Positions 13,601 through 26,153 of a DNA stretch of 64,000 bases are shown one piece after another. The notes under the pieces were generated by a model, which did not search any database, was not told where the DNA came from, and saw nothing but the letters and a program-made list of their open reading frames with translations. Both the position numbers and the translations under genes were made by a program. This DNA is from Antedon mediterranea (taxonomy: Eukaryota > Animalia > Echinodermata), in contig NC_092678.1 of assembly GCF_964355755.1 (NCBI RefSeq), forward strand, positions 22,585,365-22,649,364. Reading direction: 5' to 3'. Within the stretch, counting starts at the first letter, position 1, and every line of letters starts with the position of its first letter.

Positions 13601-16600
13601 AATACAGTATTATTTGTATTACAGGACATTGAAACGAAGACCAAGACGTCTCCTGTCATCAGATGGCACTACTGTTTTGAATATCTGGTTTCTACCACAT
13701 CACTCAGAAGTTCTACTAATGTTTAAGAACCTGGATGAAGTCTCTTGCAACAACGGGTTACTGCTAACTCTCAAGATTGTGGCTTCACTTCATGATATTC
13801 TTCAATATTTGTGTGCTCATGCAAAACTTGGAAGTTCACATGCAAGGTGAGTGATATGCTAGATTTGCACATGCAAAACTAAAGTTCACATGCAAGGTGA
13901 GTACAGTGATATGCTAGATTTGCACATGCAAAACTAAAGTTCACATGCAAGGTGAGTGATATGCTAGATGTGCACATGCAAAACTTGTAAGTTCACATGC
14001 AAGGTGAGTGATATGCTAGATGTGCACATGCAAAACTTAAAGTTCACATGCAAGGTGAGTGATATGCTAGATGTGCACATGCAAAACTTGGAAGTTCACA
14101 TGCAAGGTGAGTGATATGCTAGATGTGCACATGCAAAACTTGGAAGTTCACATGCAAGGTGAGTTATATGTTAGAAACTCTAATAAAGGCCTACAGAACC
14201 AACAGAAGTTTTCATAAAAGGGTTTGACCTTAGTTTTCCTTTGTTTTTCCACTGAAAGGTTTTCCCTCAATAAATGTGTCTTTAATTATTACTGTGTAAA
14301 ATCCAATTAAACAGCATAATATATTGCTTTATTTGTATAGACTTGGCTCTCAAAGGCTAGAGTTTGTGTCAGCTGACTGGGGTGGCACAGAAGGTATCTC
14401 AGCTGAGCTACGGGAAATTCAGAAACAAATCAACAATTTGGAAGACCCCAAGAATCCATCCATGGTACGAGAAAAACATGTTATTTTAGGCCTAAAGTAT
14501 ATATTCCCTCAAGGAAATTTCATTCCTTCGGGGATGTCAAATGTTATATTTTACCTCTAAGCAGGCAATATATGTATAATGCTCTTCTTTTTTTCCATTG
14601 ATTAGGTTGCAGAATTCTTGGCTTTACGAAAAGCAGTAATGTTTTTGGAGTTTGAGACAAGTATTCGGCATTCCTTACGTGACACTTTCCTTTCAACGTC
14701 TAATATGACAGGATACAAAAGTGTCACAGACAATATCTACTCAGCATTGCCTAACCTAAGCAACATACAGCTACCAACTGTGAACAGCATGTACCTTCCA
14801 GTGCCTGAACCAATGGAGCCTAGAGATGTGGAGGCTAAAGTTTTATTTCCTTGGAGGTCATTTCTCGGAAGGTCAGTCATTTTAATAAAAATCAGTACAA
14901 TAGTCTGAATTTCTTGTTTTGAATTTCTTTTGTATAAATTTAATATTGATGAATTGTATTTCAGAGGAGGTCCTTTCCATCTTCAGTTTTGGCAATGGCA
15001 CCAGATCAAAAGTCAGATGCAGTTGTGTTTGGCAAGTCTCAAAGATGTAGATCGACATGTGTCTAATGGAGAGATACTGGGTGTATCTCTCCTGATGGAA
15101 GATGTATTGCAGAGTGGTCACGAAGACATCAGCATGGTGGCTGATGATAGTGATTCTGAAGACCAAAATCTTGCAGGACCAACGAAGCAATCACGCTCTC
15201 GTCCCCGGAGTGCGGTCAGCAGTAGACCGACATCCAGACCGACAAGTGCCAAGAAAGATGAAGAGGATGAAATGGAGAAAGAAAAATGTAAGTTAATGGT
15301 GTGAAGAATTTAACTGATTTTTGTTAAAATCAATGACTAATTGATACAGTATTGTTTTTTGGTTGATTGTGTATTGAGTAAAACACTACTTGTATAAAGG
15401 GCATGATAATTAGATAGGGTATCAATCATATAATAGGAATCAATTAACTTAAAGTCTTCATTTTATTTTGCAGACCAAAACAAAGGGCCTCTTTCACGTA
15501 CCATTCAACCAATGGAGGCTTACGCCTTGTTGAGGAACTTCCTGTTGCTTTGGAAGAGACTGGAAGTATTCAAAGAAGAATGGGGAAGAAGAAAGCTACA
15601 TGTGGAGACAGTAGGATCAGCCAGGGTTTACAGACAATTTTGGTAATAAGATCAATAAATCTTTAATTCTTTACTTTTATTATTTTAAGTACAGTATTTG
15701 TATTAGTAACATATTTAACTTTTTTTTTTCCAGTAAAATGTACAAGACAGATATCCTGTATCCAACTATTAAAAGCATTGCAAGAAAATATGGACAGGTA
15801 AAATAATAGTAGTTTATATTTGTGAATAGCAAACAGAAATGATTGTACGTGGTTACCAGCGACATGACATGACAAGACCCCAGTGGCAGAAGAATAGTAT
15901 TTCAAAGTGTTGCTATCTACAGTATTCCACTCTAAGAGCTTGTTTATAAGCACTATATACGAATGCAATTTGCATATTATAATATTATTGTTTTTATTAT
16001 TTATATATAACTTTGAAAGTGTTGTTATTTCACCTTTTACAGGTTGCAAAATTAATACAAGCTTTCTAATATAACGTTTAATATGGACTTAGATTACCAA
16101 TATCTGAACATTTTTATTTTGTTTTAATTAGGCAGATAATTATGATGGACTGGTGTCTGACAATGAGCCCATTGTTACACCTAAAGGCGCTTCTGCTATG
16201 GAAATTCGCGCTAAACAGCTTGTTAAGCTTCTTGACAACTTTGAGAACCACATGGTCTACGAACTAAGACAAAAAGTAGCTCGGGAACATGCGTTGGTAG
16301 TTGCTGAACGAGGGCGTGAGGAAGGGAATTTGCCTATAGACTTATGGAAAAAACCAGTAAGATATACTGTATATATTTTTAAGTGGTTTATAACATTTAT
16401 ATATATTTTTTACATTTTTATTTAAAATGTTTCTTTATTTTGTAAATATTATATTTTAATTTTCAGGTAATTAATCAAAGACTAACAATTTCTCAACCGC
16501 ACATTGCTGAAGACTTCACCAGACTCCTGCTTAGCAGCGGTCAGAGGAAAGGAGAAGAGTTTGTTATATCAGCCGACAACCTCAACAGCGCCCTGTCTCA

Positions 16601-19600
16601 ACTTGCTTCCATGGTAATGACGAGAGAACGAAGTAATTACGACAACTACTCAATGTTTTACGAGAACATTCTTCGTCAGCAGCATCAGGTTATCTACAAA
16701 CGGCAACAGGTACGCCCTCATTAAACATAATCGTTTTAATATAAATATAGAACCAGCAATTTAAAACTTCTAGCATTTGCTAACTTGCGCAATTTTTTCA
16801 TTATTTATTTAATGTAGGAAATCAAGCATGCAGTAGAATCAGCGTCTGGACTTAGTGAGTCTACTCTAGTTGACGTGCAATGCAAGTTGGCTGATAAAAG
16901 CCATGACCTAATACTTGGTAAAACTTGTTTATTTTATTTTATTAGTTTCTAAATATTATGTATGAGTGCTTTTAGTCATAAAATATCTCTTTGACGTTTA
17001 TCATTAAAATTTGTTTATAAAATACAGAAGTGACTTCACTACGAGCTAAGATAGCTGAAATGCGAGAAGAGTCTTCGGAGAAGGAACGGGAGTTGCGACG
17101 ACGTATTCAGGATGAATATAACGCCCTCGTTCATAACTTGTTCACTGTCGCATTTGGACTTAAGGAAAAGCTGGACGAATTCAGGTAAGAAGTTCGACTT
17201 TAGTGGATCAATGATGATTGTTTGGCAATCCCACAATATCTTCTTGTCAAGTGTCACTGGATTTAGATTCCTAATTTGCATAACATTTATATCTTTTTTT
17301 CTGATTTCAATAGGACCCACCTGTATGACCAGGTGTTCACAACAGTTGGTGATGTTCGAAGAGAAGCGGTTATGGCGATGAGCAAACTGAAAACCATCAA
17401 ACATGATAACGTCAAAGCAGACGGTAAGATCAGATTTGTTTCATTTTTCACTGTTTAAACTTGAGATCCATGTTTAGAAGACTGTATTAACGCTGCCTTT
17501 GTGCAGGATGGCTTGGTGGTGTTCCTGTTTCTTGAGAACCAATGTATTAGGTCTGTTACATATTTTGTTTAATTATTTTTTTATTTATGTAGTTTATAGT
17601 AAAATAAAATGCTTCCTCTTTGTTACTTTTTAGATGTGTTGCAACACAAGTTGGCGAAGGCAGAAGAGTTACGTATGATGCGTCATGAAAACGACCAGTT
17701 GAACAAAATGCTTCGTAAGCTGAGAGCCGTCAATGGCTGGAGGCTTACTAAGATGAGATCTAAATATATGAAAGAGGTTAGTCATTTAGTATGTTTCAAT
17801 TACAATTTGGGTTGTTAATAGGTTCTTGTTATTGCTATTGTGGTTGTTTAGTAAGCTATCACAACTTTGCTTTTGAGGCGAAAGCAGAAGTTTGCTACAT
17901 GGTCCAAACAATTATGAAACAGCACAAATCTGGGCATATTTATTTAAGTAAGCTATCACAACTATGGTTTCAGTATTTGATTCTCTTCTTGATTTTTAAC
18001 AAAGAAGAGAGCTACCTATGTAACTTTAAACAACCATGCTTGTAATTTTAAATGGTTCGTAGATTGCTGGATTGAAGGGAGAAGCAAACCAGTGCAAGAG
18101 AGACTACTTGGAGATCAAATTGATGGCAGAAGAGGAAGTGATCCTCCTAAGACAACAGCTTGTTTCTTTGAAGAAGGCTCTCAGTACATCTGAGAGAGAC
18201 CGTGAAACGATTCAGAAACAAATTGATAGAGAAGTAATGTTTTAAATGTTTTGTAACTGCCTTGTTTGAAGAATCCATATTTCATGAGATCCATCTCAGA
18301 AGATATTTTCGAACTATTCCAAATTAAGGGTAGAGAAAAGAGAATTTCAAAGCTTCTTTTGATATTCTCTTTTTTTATGGCCGTGAGTGCCATGTTACCT
18401 ACCTGTAGCGTGATTTGTCTTTTATTTACCAACTAAGTAAAAACTTATTTTGTTGAGTGTTGTTTTTATTTATATTTTTTCTTTTCTTTTAACAGTTGCA
18501 GATAAAGAAAGAGAAGAAGCACAAAGAAGAGCAAGACGCCAGGAATGCAAAGCAACTGGAAGTTGCCAAAGCTGCAAACATGTCAAAATTGGTAAGTTAT
18601 TTTAAACTCAACTTTAATTGGCTTCTGCTGTCTTACTAACAGCATAAAGGTGGGCTCTGGTGTTGAAATTTAAACTTTCAATACATACTACTTTTTAGTG
18701 TGGACGCAAAGTCGTGTGACAGAGTACTATTGTGTTCTATGAGAAACGTTAAATAGTAAAAGTTCAAGGATAGATATTTGCCATTTCTATTTTTTCTTAA
18801 AACTTCATAAATATTGTTCATTTCTGTATAAAGATTTATGAAGCAGATGTGAAGGAAGAAAAATTGAAAGCACTGACAGACGACTTTACAAGGAGTATGA
18901 GACTGAACCAGATGTATCAGGAGAAGTCCAAGAGGGATGTCAACCAGATGCGACATCAATTGGAACATGAAAGGACATTGAAGTTGGACGCGTTCTCTAG
19001 AGTGGACGAACTTCAAACCCAAGTGTACGACTATGAACAAGACATCAGCAGACCATACACGTCCATGAGTAAGTAGTATAAAACCATTCAGTTCATAAAC
19101 TCAGTTAATTTTATAGTGCTATACTGTGAGTTAAAAATTTTAAATTATAGATGGGTTTTAACTGCATCTCAATAGAATATTGTATCTCAAAATAACATCA
19201 GTTTTAGTTTTAAAAATTACTCAATTTAAGGCAATTTTTATTATTAAACCAATTTTATTTTATGCATGAATTAAAAATGTCTTACTGCATGAAATAAAAA
19301 AATAATAATTTGTTTAAATTTACCAAAACAGATTCTAGATTAGCCTAGTATAATTTGAGCATGAAATAAATGTACTTAGAAACAAAATGCATGTATTTTT
19401 CTTTTAAATGTAATCTTTTTAACCCTTAATCCAGGCATTATGAATTCATCAAAGTTACCTCGTAAGTGTACACACTAACAAGGGTGTTGTTAAACTCATC
19501 ATTTCAAAGTGTTTTACCTAAACATACAACTGTCATGCATTTGTTTTTTGAACTCTCAGAAACAAATTGTATTCTATGCATAGTTACAATGTAAACAGTC

Positions 19601-21309
19601 ATAACCATGACAATAGTTGTTAGGTGTAAACAAACCATTCTTTGTTCATTCATTTTCAGTAGTAATTCTGAGATTTCATTTGAAAACTTTATTAATTTAC
19701 TAATACCTTACACACTAAATATCTATTTCATGTTATTTTATCATTAAAGAGTGACGCAATTATGCCATTATGGGATCGTTAGCTAACATTAGCCTAGGCC
19801 TAAACTTTTAAACTTTTGAACAGTTTTTGAGTATTTTTAGTACAAGTCAAATATTATGTAAATACATTTTTAGAATTGAAAAGAAAATGTGAACATGATC
19901 TCTGTGTGAAAGCTGATTGGTTGGTTTGCCTAAGCTGTTCAATTTTCTTTCAAGGGGTGCCCTTTGTCAAAATAATGGCATTATGTGTTGTTCTTTTAGT
20001 AATACAATATATATCATTGTTTGTTGTTATATTTATACTGTGTTGGTGTTGTATATATTAATGATTCTTAACAAGGTGATTCAACTGGTGTCTAGGCTCT
20101 ACAAAAAAATATGAACATTGTTGGATTTTAAATAGTTGTGCCCCAGAGGAACTCTGGTACTCTCAGTACCCTTAAGCTCTGTCTACACTAGTTCCAAGTT
20201 CAAAAAACATTTATTTGTTCAACAATGGCATATTATTTTACAGTGTAATATATAGGTGTGTACATTATTTAAATGAAACAAGGTAATAAGCCATCATTTG
20301 GGGTCTTCTCTAAAAGAAATCAAGTTCCTTGTCTCGAGAAAGACCCCAGGAAGTTCAATACACTATCAAGTGAAACTATCAAACTATCAAACTTTATGAC
20401 AAAAAAAAATGTGATGTTATATCAATACCATATTTGCACACTTTTTTGTCTAGTTTTATAGTCTAGACAGAGCTTTAGAGATGACAATACCGTGTTAAAA
20501 TTCACCATCATTTAGCCTATCTATTCTGCACCTCAATCACTGTTCACTGTATCAATCATAACATATATTTAGTTCTCTCTCAAGCTTCTACTGTATTCAC
20601 TGGTTTTTGTGGTTTTTTTGCTGTGATCATTATGTTATACGTCTTGCTTTTATTTATTGGTTTATTGATTGATTGATCATAATAGTTCGATTTTTATCTA
20701 CCTACACAAGAGACTAGTGTGTGTGCCTGCAGTGAGCTTGTACAGGGTCTAAATGAACACATCTCGTAGATATGAATTAATAAAACATTAGTATAGTGTT
20801 GTTGCAATATAGGTCATTTTTTAATATTTCTTGATATTTTTTCTTCAGCCATGCGATCAAAATCCTCGGACAAGCGGTCAAGAGGCAAGCCTTCACCAAG
20901 CCCACACCCAACCAACAACTTCCCACCCAACTACCAGCAAAGGTCAATAACCCCTGACCCTTGGTCATCGCAGAATAAAGACAACACTCGTGCCACACAG
21001 CGACCTCAAACTGTAAGTTGAATCAGGTTTGAAAATAATGTGATAGAGTTCTTACCACCTGCCCGGCCCCGTCAAGAATCAAAGCAAAGTAGGGCATTGT
21101 GTTTTTATCTGACCAATGAGGTCTCCATGACCTTGTTGGTGTTGTTCACTCCAGGCGTGACAGTTGTAACGTTTCCTCTTTTTTTTTTTCAGGTTGGCAG
21201 TAAGCTTAGGAACCGAATTGCGGAGCAGTTGTTAACCACACTACAGCCAGATCACCATCAGACCATAATGCAGCTGCAGGCCTGGGAACAACAGTACCAG
21301 AAAAAGTAG
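4662..21309 (+). CDS. CCDC162: CCDC162/C6orf183-like large coiled-coil protein (DUF4549-like N-terminus), about 44 exons
   Basis: Exons 4662-4804, 4924-4996, 5089-5199, 5587-5711, 6012-6195 through 21193-21309. The N-terminus reads IEDELQNELTDLKNDIEENE..SSVPLPQSVEHFRKQREL..KPLVVQASVMQNELD..EYTDESLPLILHQFYCDRIQQLVQCKHMHMLRWKRFCEH..IMSEYNDAIARARRL, recognised from memory as this family. The C-terminus is coiled-coil and ends RPQTVGSKLRNRIAEQLL. Confidence 0.8.
6189..6398 (+). repeat. Tandem repeat, 9 x 23 bp, unit spans the exon end and 5' splice site
   Basis: Unit CTTAAAG|GTACAGTACGCTACTT; the first copy is the real donor at 6195/6196. Confidence 0.95.
7159..7295. mobile_element. MITE family with AAGCTCTGTCTACACTATCAAAC TIRs (Harbinger-like)
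   Basis: Degenerate left TIR AAGCTTTTTCTACACTATCAAAC and right TIR TTTGATAGTGTAGACAGAGCTT. Related copies or fragments at about 8264-8293, 8744-8770, 11987-12118 and 20173-20476. Confidence 0.65.
9458..9517 (-). mobile_element. tRNA-derived SINE head fragment
   Basis: Minus strand TGGTCTGGTGGTAA (A box) ... GGTTCAAATC (B box) with tRNA-like spacing but no full cloverleaf. Confidence 0.4.
11987..12118. mobile_element. MITE, same family as 7159-7295
   Basis: Shares the internal CATATATGGACATGATGATGTCATAT (reverse of the 7220 copy) and the end GTTTGATAGTGTAGACAGATCTTA. Confidence 0.6.
13818..14165 (+). repeat. Tandem repeat, about 7 x 50-55 bp, unit spans the exon end and 5' splice site
   Basis: Unit CATGCAAAACTTGGAAGTTCACATGCAAG|GTGAGTGATATGCTAGATGTGCA; seven CAAG|GTGAGT donors, the first at 13846/13847. 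Confidence 0.92.
20173..20476. mobile_element. MITE (AAGCTCTGTCTACACTA family) interrupted by a retroposed 3' fragment
   Basis: Left TIR at 20173-20190 resumes at about 20359; right TIR is ATAGTCTAGACAGAGCTT. Confidence 0.6.
20191..20358 (-). mobile_element. 5'-truncated LINE/SINE 3' end with 7-bp TSD
   Basis: TACACTA duplicated at 20184-20190 and 20359-20365. The minus strand carries a GGGGTCTT...AAGACCCC stem-loop, AATAAA and a TTGAAC-type tail. Confidence 0.65.
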
Positions 21310-21609
21310 AAAGAAAAGGGATGTTTGAAGGTACTAATGAATAGCCAAGTCGGCGCAAAACTATGTTAGCTTATTTAAAGTTAACCTTTTGTTTGATGTC
21401 AGTGCAGGGTGTTGTATTGTCTATCTCATCAGAAAGGAATTCTCGTCCATCTACGGGACGATAATTTTCTAGAAGGCATCTGTATCCTCTCTTTTCCTCC
21501 TCCCTCCCTTCTCACCTCCTCCCCCTTCAGCCATGAAGATTGTTTTTAGTCACTTGACCTTTCTATACCTTATTGTGCCAAATTATTCATAAGTCACACT
21601 GTTGATGTG

Positions 21610-21682
21610 AACATGGAGTATGCTTACAATGAGAATGACAGAACATGGAGTATGCTTACAATGAATATGACAGAACATGGAG
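21610..21682 (+). repeat. Short tandem duplication, about 2.3 x 32 bp, in the 3' UTR
   Basis: GAACATGGAGTATGCTTACAATGAGAATGACA repeated. Confidence 0.8.
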
Positions 21683-22290
21683 GTAAACCTCCATGGACAG
21701 AACTGGTTTTCACTAATTTCTTTAATAAAACAAATAATATATTATTTTCAAGACACATTTTTCTACCTAATTACACAAATAAATTGTAAATAAATACATT
21801 AAAACCAATTTATTTTGTCTTTCATATAATTTTCCCACCATAGTAATAGTATTGTATATTATTTTTTCATGGTGTATAGCTATGTTTTTGTTAAATTAAA
21901 TGTATTATACAAGGCTACTTGTAATCATGATTTATGAAATTTTATATTTCTGTAACATAATATAAATGAATTATGATGAAATACAAATTATACATAATAA
22001 TCAGTTTGATGTGATTGCCTATGAAATAAGTAAATTAAAAACAAATGAGTATACAGTGATATGGAGATAATAAAATCTCAATTTTACTAATTTTGTAAAG
22101 TTTATAATATATATACATTTATTCAGAAAATAAATTTAATGTCCCAATGCGTGAGCTGGCAAATTAATAAAATATAAAAATATAAATATAGGCATATATT
22201 TTTTATTATATATTTGTAACATATGTGTTTCCAATTTACTACAATATTTTATGCGCGCGCAATCGAAACGTACCAGGGAACCAGGAATGT

Positions 22291-22401
22291 AGGTCAATGA
22301 CCTGCACACAGTTGGAGATCAAATAACGATGCCGCGCACATGGTGTAATATGCAGGCCGGCTTACGTCATTTAGTTTGTATCTTCAGCGAGAGAAGGAAG
22401 T
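22291..22401 (+). promoter_or_regulatory. Promoter of the PPC-like gene: perfect IR1 nuclear-receptor element, CRE-like and ETS sites
   Basis: AGGTCAATGACCT at 22291-22303, TTACGTCAT near 22362 and GGAAGT near 22396, in a GC-richer patch ahead of a probable non-coding exon ending GAG|GTATGT at 22436. Confidence 0.5.
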
Positions 22402-22926
22402 TTTTCAACAAACGTGCGATAAAAAACAGAAGCGAGGTATGTAATATATTATTTTAAAAAGGTAAATAATATTAATTATAATCATTATTAGCATCATGGC
22501 ATAACAAAATAATGTACTGTACATATTTAGCAGGCCTCAAGCCTAGGCTAGCTACTAGCTAGGCTGGATATTTTAGGCGTATTTTAATTTGCAGCTCGGA
22601 TCGTCGTCCAGGCTAGCGAACCTCACAATAGGGGATTACCCTACAATGGTTTTATCAATGAATAGCGAACAGGAATGTTTTATATTATACTTAGCATAGG
22701 TAGGTCAGATTACAATCTGTTCTGATAAATAATTTGTTTCCTTATAAATATAATTCTTATATTCCCTTGGTGCAGTTACCCCCCCCCCCCCCCCCTAGTA
22801 TTAATTAATTATTACTATTAATTATACTAGTAGACCTATCATCTTCTATCAGTAGAGTAGTAGTACGTTATTCATCTCGTCTGTGCTTTTTTAATCCGAT
22901 TTTTTTTTATTTATTTCAGCAGCAGA

Positions 22927-25138
22927 ATGGATATAGTCTGCAAGTTGATGCTGTTGTTCTGCCTGGTCTGTGAGGCTTTTGGAGCAACCCACATTCCTCT
23001 AACCCTGGGCACCACGACAGCTCCACAAACCGTACCATGCAATCAATATACGTACTACTCTATAGAAGTCACGGACCCTTGCAAAGATCTCAGGATAAAT
23101 GTACGTTTTTTTCTGTTTTATAAATGATGCATTATTCTCAAGAGAATGATCAAATAAAGTTAAATAATTCTTCATTAAATTTGTAATCTACTATTATTAC
23201 TATTCACTATAATATCTCTATATTATTATATATATAAAATTCAATAAAAACAGGCAATTATGCAAAATCATTTATACAGCAATTTTGATAATTTAATAAA
23301 TTTGGATGATATTTTTATAACAAAATTACATAGATTTGAATGAGGATGAAACAGTTTAATTTTAAAAGTATTTTCTTGTTAACAGAAGCATGTCCTTGCT
23401 CTCTTTAAACTTTTTTATTGTGAAGTTATAAAACAAAGCAACTTCAAAAACACTGATTCAAAAAATAGAGTGAATTGCTGTTTCATGCAAATCTCTATTC
23501 ATATTCTTGCTATTGTGGCTTGCTATTCCTGCATTATATCTAACAATGTAGTTGTCCATGCCTGAATATTACGGCTGACTACTTTCTTTTCAACCAGCTT
23601 TAAATTTCTTCAACAACAAGAGTCTAAATGAAATTTAAGAAATATACATTTACTACTATGTAAAATGATAGCGCCTTTGAGCATGTTTTGTCATGAAAAG
23701 GGGGCTATATAAATGTGGTATATTATTATTACATAAATAACAGTTTAAACATTTTATTTAACCATTTTTATATAATAGCTCGATGTTCTAGAAGGAGAAC
23801 CAAACTTGTATGTGTCCCGCGGCAACACAAAATTTCCTGATGAGATGAGCCTAGCATGGACATCGTATAACTGGGGGTCGGAGAGTCTGACCATTTCCAG
23901 TTGGGATCCAGAGTTTTCCATTGGTACCTTCTATATTGGTACACATGCCTACTGTGGAACAGATGTACCAACTGGATTCACAGGTAATGATTGACTGTAT
24001 TGAGTTTGAATTATCTAGAGGGCGCTAAGTTGGCGATACCCTATACCACATGTTGGTGAGAAATAGGTAGAAAGGTGGGGGGGGGGGGGCGGGGTTGTGT
24101 CTGTGACAAAGTTGTGTTCAACCGAAAAAAGAAAGTTAGTAGCCTGGGGGCCCATAGCTGACATGTTGTTAAAAAAAATCTCCAAGTAATTTTAGTGCTT
24201 TGTGGGATAAGCAGAGTCCCACAAAGAGGCTGCACTCAATATACTTTGGGTCGCAGATGGGCCTCCTTGCACCGATAAAAGAAGCATTAATATAATATTT
24301 GACCTTGATATTGGACATCTAAAGCAATGCTTGTGTGTGTGTCTGGTGTATTCTAATAATACCAGTTATTTTGTATGGAGCGAACTTAGCCTAATAATAA
24401 CAACAAGATTCAGTGGATGATGTTTCCAAAACTTCTGTAAAAGGCTTTTGTTATATGTTAATTTAAGAAACATATGTTTCCTGTAATATATTCTATCATT
24501 CTCACTTCCGTATATATATTCATATGATATAAAAAATAACTGCTTTATATTTTGAAGATGCAAAGTTCACTCTGCTGGTTCAGTCTGTTGAAACTGAACA
24601 CCCAAGTGATGAAATCGTAGTAGACGGGAAAAAAAATGCTAACATTTCTGCAAACGATTATACATATTATCGATTCTGTGTTCCAACAACATGTCAATAT
24701 ATTGAGGTGAAATTAGAGAACTGTATTGACCCAGAAGAATGTCCTACCAGTTACGCTTGGCCGGAGTTGTTAGTCTCGCGCTCCATCGTCAACCCAACCA
24801 TCAAAGACCATGCTTGGAAATTAGCCTCTATCGAAAGACGTAGCGTTTATCTTCATCCCGACGACAAGGAATTTTATGCCGGGCACTACTTTATCGGGGT
24901 GTATGGTTGGTGTACGCCACAAGAACACTGCACAGACAATAGCACGTGTGGGCCGTGCCAATACGCTGAAAATCATCCATATTCTGTGTCGGTTCTTACG
25001 ACTGACGTAGAAAATACTTGTGTGTCCAAAGGAGCCTTGCAACTTTGTGAAGTTAAAGATGACACAGGTGCAAGTAATGCTAATGAGTATGTCACATGGC
25101 TCATAACATTTGCATTATTCTCATGTGTCCTTCTGTAA
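22927..25138 (+). CDS. Uncharacterised secreted Cys-rich protein with two PPC-like beta-sandwich repeats and a probable GPI signal (319 aa)
   Basis: Exons 22927-23100, 23779-23983 and 24558-25138 join in frame (960 nt). Signal peptide MDIVCKLMLLFCLVCEAFG; two repeats YTYY..C..PxLxVSR..P..AW..DxEF..GxxxIGxxxxC; hydrophobic C-terminus GASNANEYVTWLITFALFSCVLL. Confidence 0.85.
23668..23730 (+). mobile_element. SINE/LINE 3' tail fragment
   Basis: AGCGCCTTTGAGCATG...GGGCTATATAAAT...(ATT)n pattern resembling L2-related retroposon tails. Confidence 0.35.
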
Positions 25139-26153
25139 AAAAATAATTGTGTGAAAAATTAGAAATTCACTTTACTATTTATTATGGCCATATAGTACTT
25201 GATTCTTGATGTGTTACTCCAGTAAAATGAATACTGCAGTAAAAAGAAGTAGCCCTACAGGTTTTATGATTTATTTTACAATTATTCTGATCATAGATAA
25301 TCAATATTAACAGTACTTTGATTTTTTTTAGAATGTTTTAACCACATTTTTGATTAATTTGGTTTAAAAAAGTAATGGATAACTAATAAGTACTAAGTAC
25401 TTAATTATATAAATTAGAAGCAGCTTTAATTAGTAATTTAAAGTTGATTAATTTTAATCTATGCAATGTAGTATAGATGCAATAGTGACTTAGTTTGTAA
25501 CTCTATTAAGGGGACAGCTTGAGGACCAAACAAACTGTCCCTTTAATGAGTGGCCCTGCTTAGGTTTGCTGTTACCTTTGAATCATGTATACAGTACTTT
25601 GAAACAAAAATTACAGTAAGAAATAGTGTATCCCATACTTGGTGAAAAGCCCACCATTTGTATGTATTTGTTTATTGACAGACCTTGTACCTTATAATAG
25701 ACTGTATACTGTAAGCAGTCTCCCTCAATTTCATTTATGTGTGTATAACATATGGAATGCAATGAAGTATGTGTATCTTATGCAATAATAGGGCCTATAG
25801 TAATTTGAGGTTGAGGTAGGAATTAGACAGTTATTGGTTGGTCCCAAATTGGATGGTTAGGTATTTAATTTGTGTTGTATGGTAGCATAAAGATATTATT
25901 TATATTTCTTAATGATAGTAAATAAACCTCGACAGGGGTGTGGCCCTGTAGGAGGGTCTGGACAATAAATATGTGTTTTTGTTAGTATGGTTTTTTTGTT
26001 TCCTGTCTCTTTTTTTTGGAAGGTATATAAAAAAAAATTTCTTTTTTTTAATTCGGCTTCAAGAAATTGCGGTAAAAATCGATTTGATTTTCTCTATCGA
26101 TATATTTTGTACTAAAATTATGTTTTAAAAGCCATTTTCATGATTTGAAATTA

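Noticed and set aside
4880-21789. Many short antisense or alternate-frame ORFs in the ORF track
   Set aside because: They are shadows of CCDC162-like exons or AT-rich intron ORFs with no recognisable motifs.
22779-22795. Poly-C tract (and G tract near 24077-24094)
   Set aside because: Simple homopolymers in introns with no supporting context.
22917-22925. CAGCAGCAG tandem acceptor
   Set aside because: It lies in the 5' UTR with no coding consequence and is a common motif.
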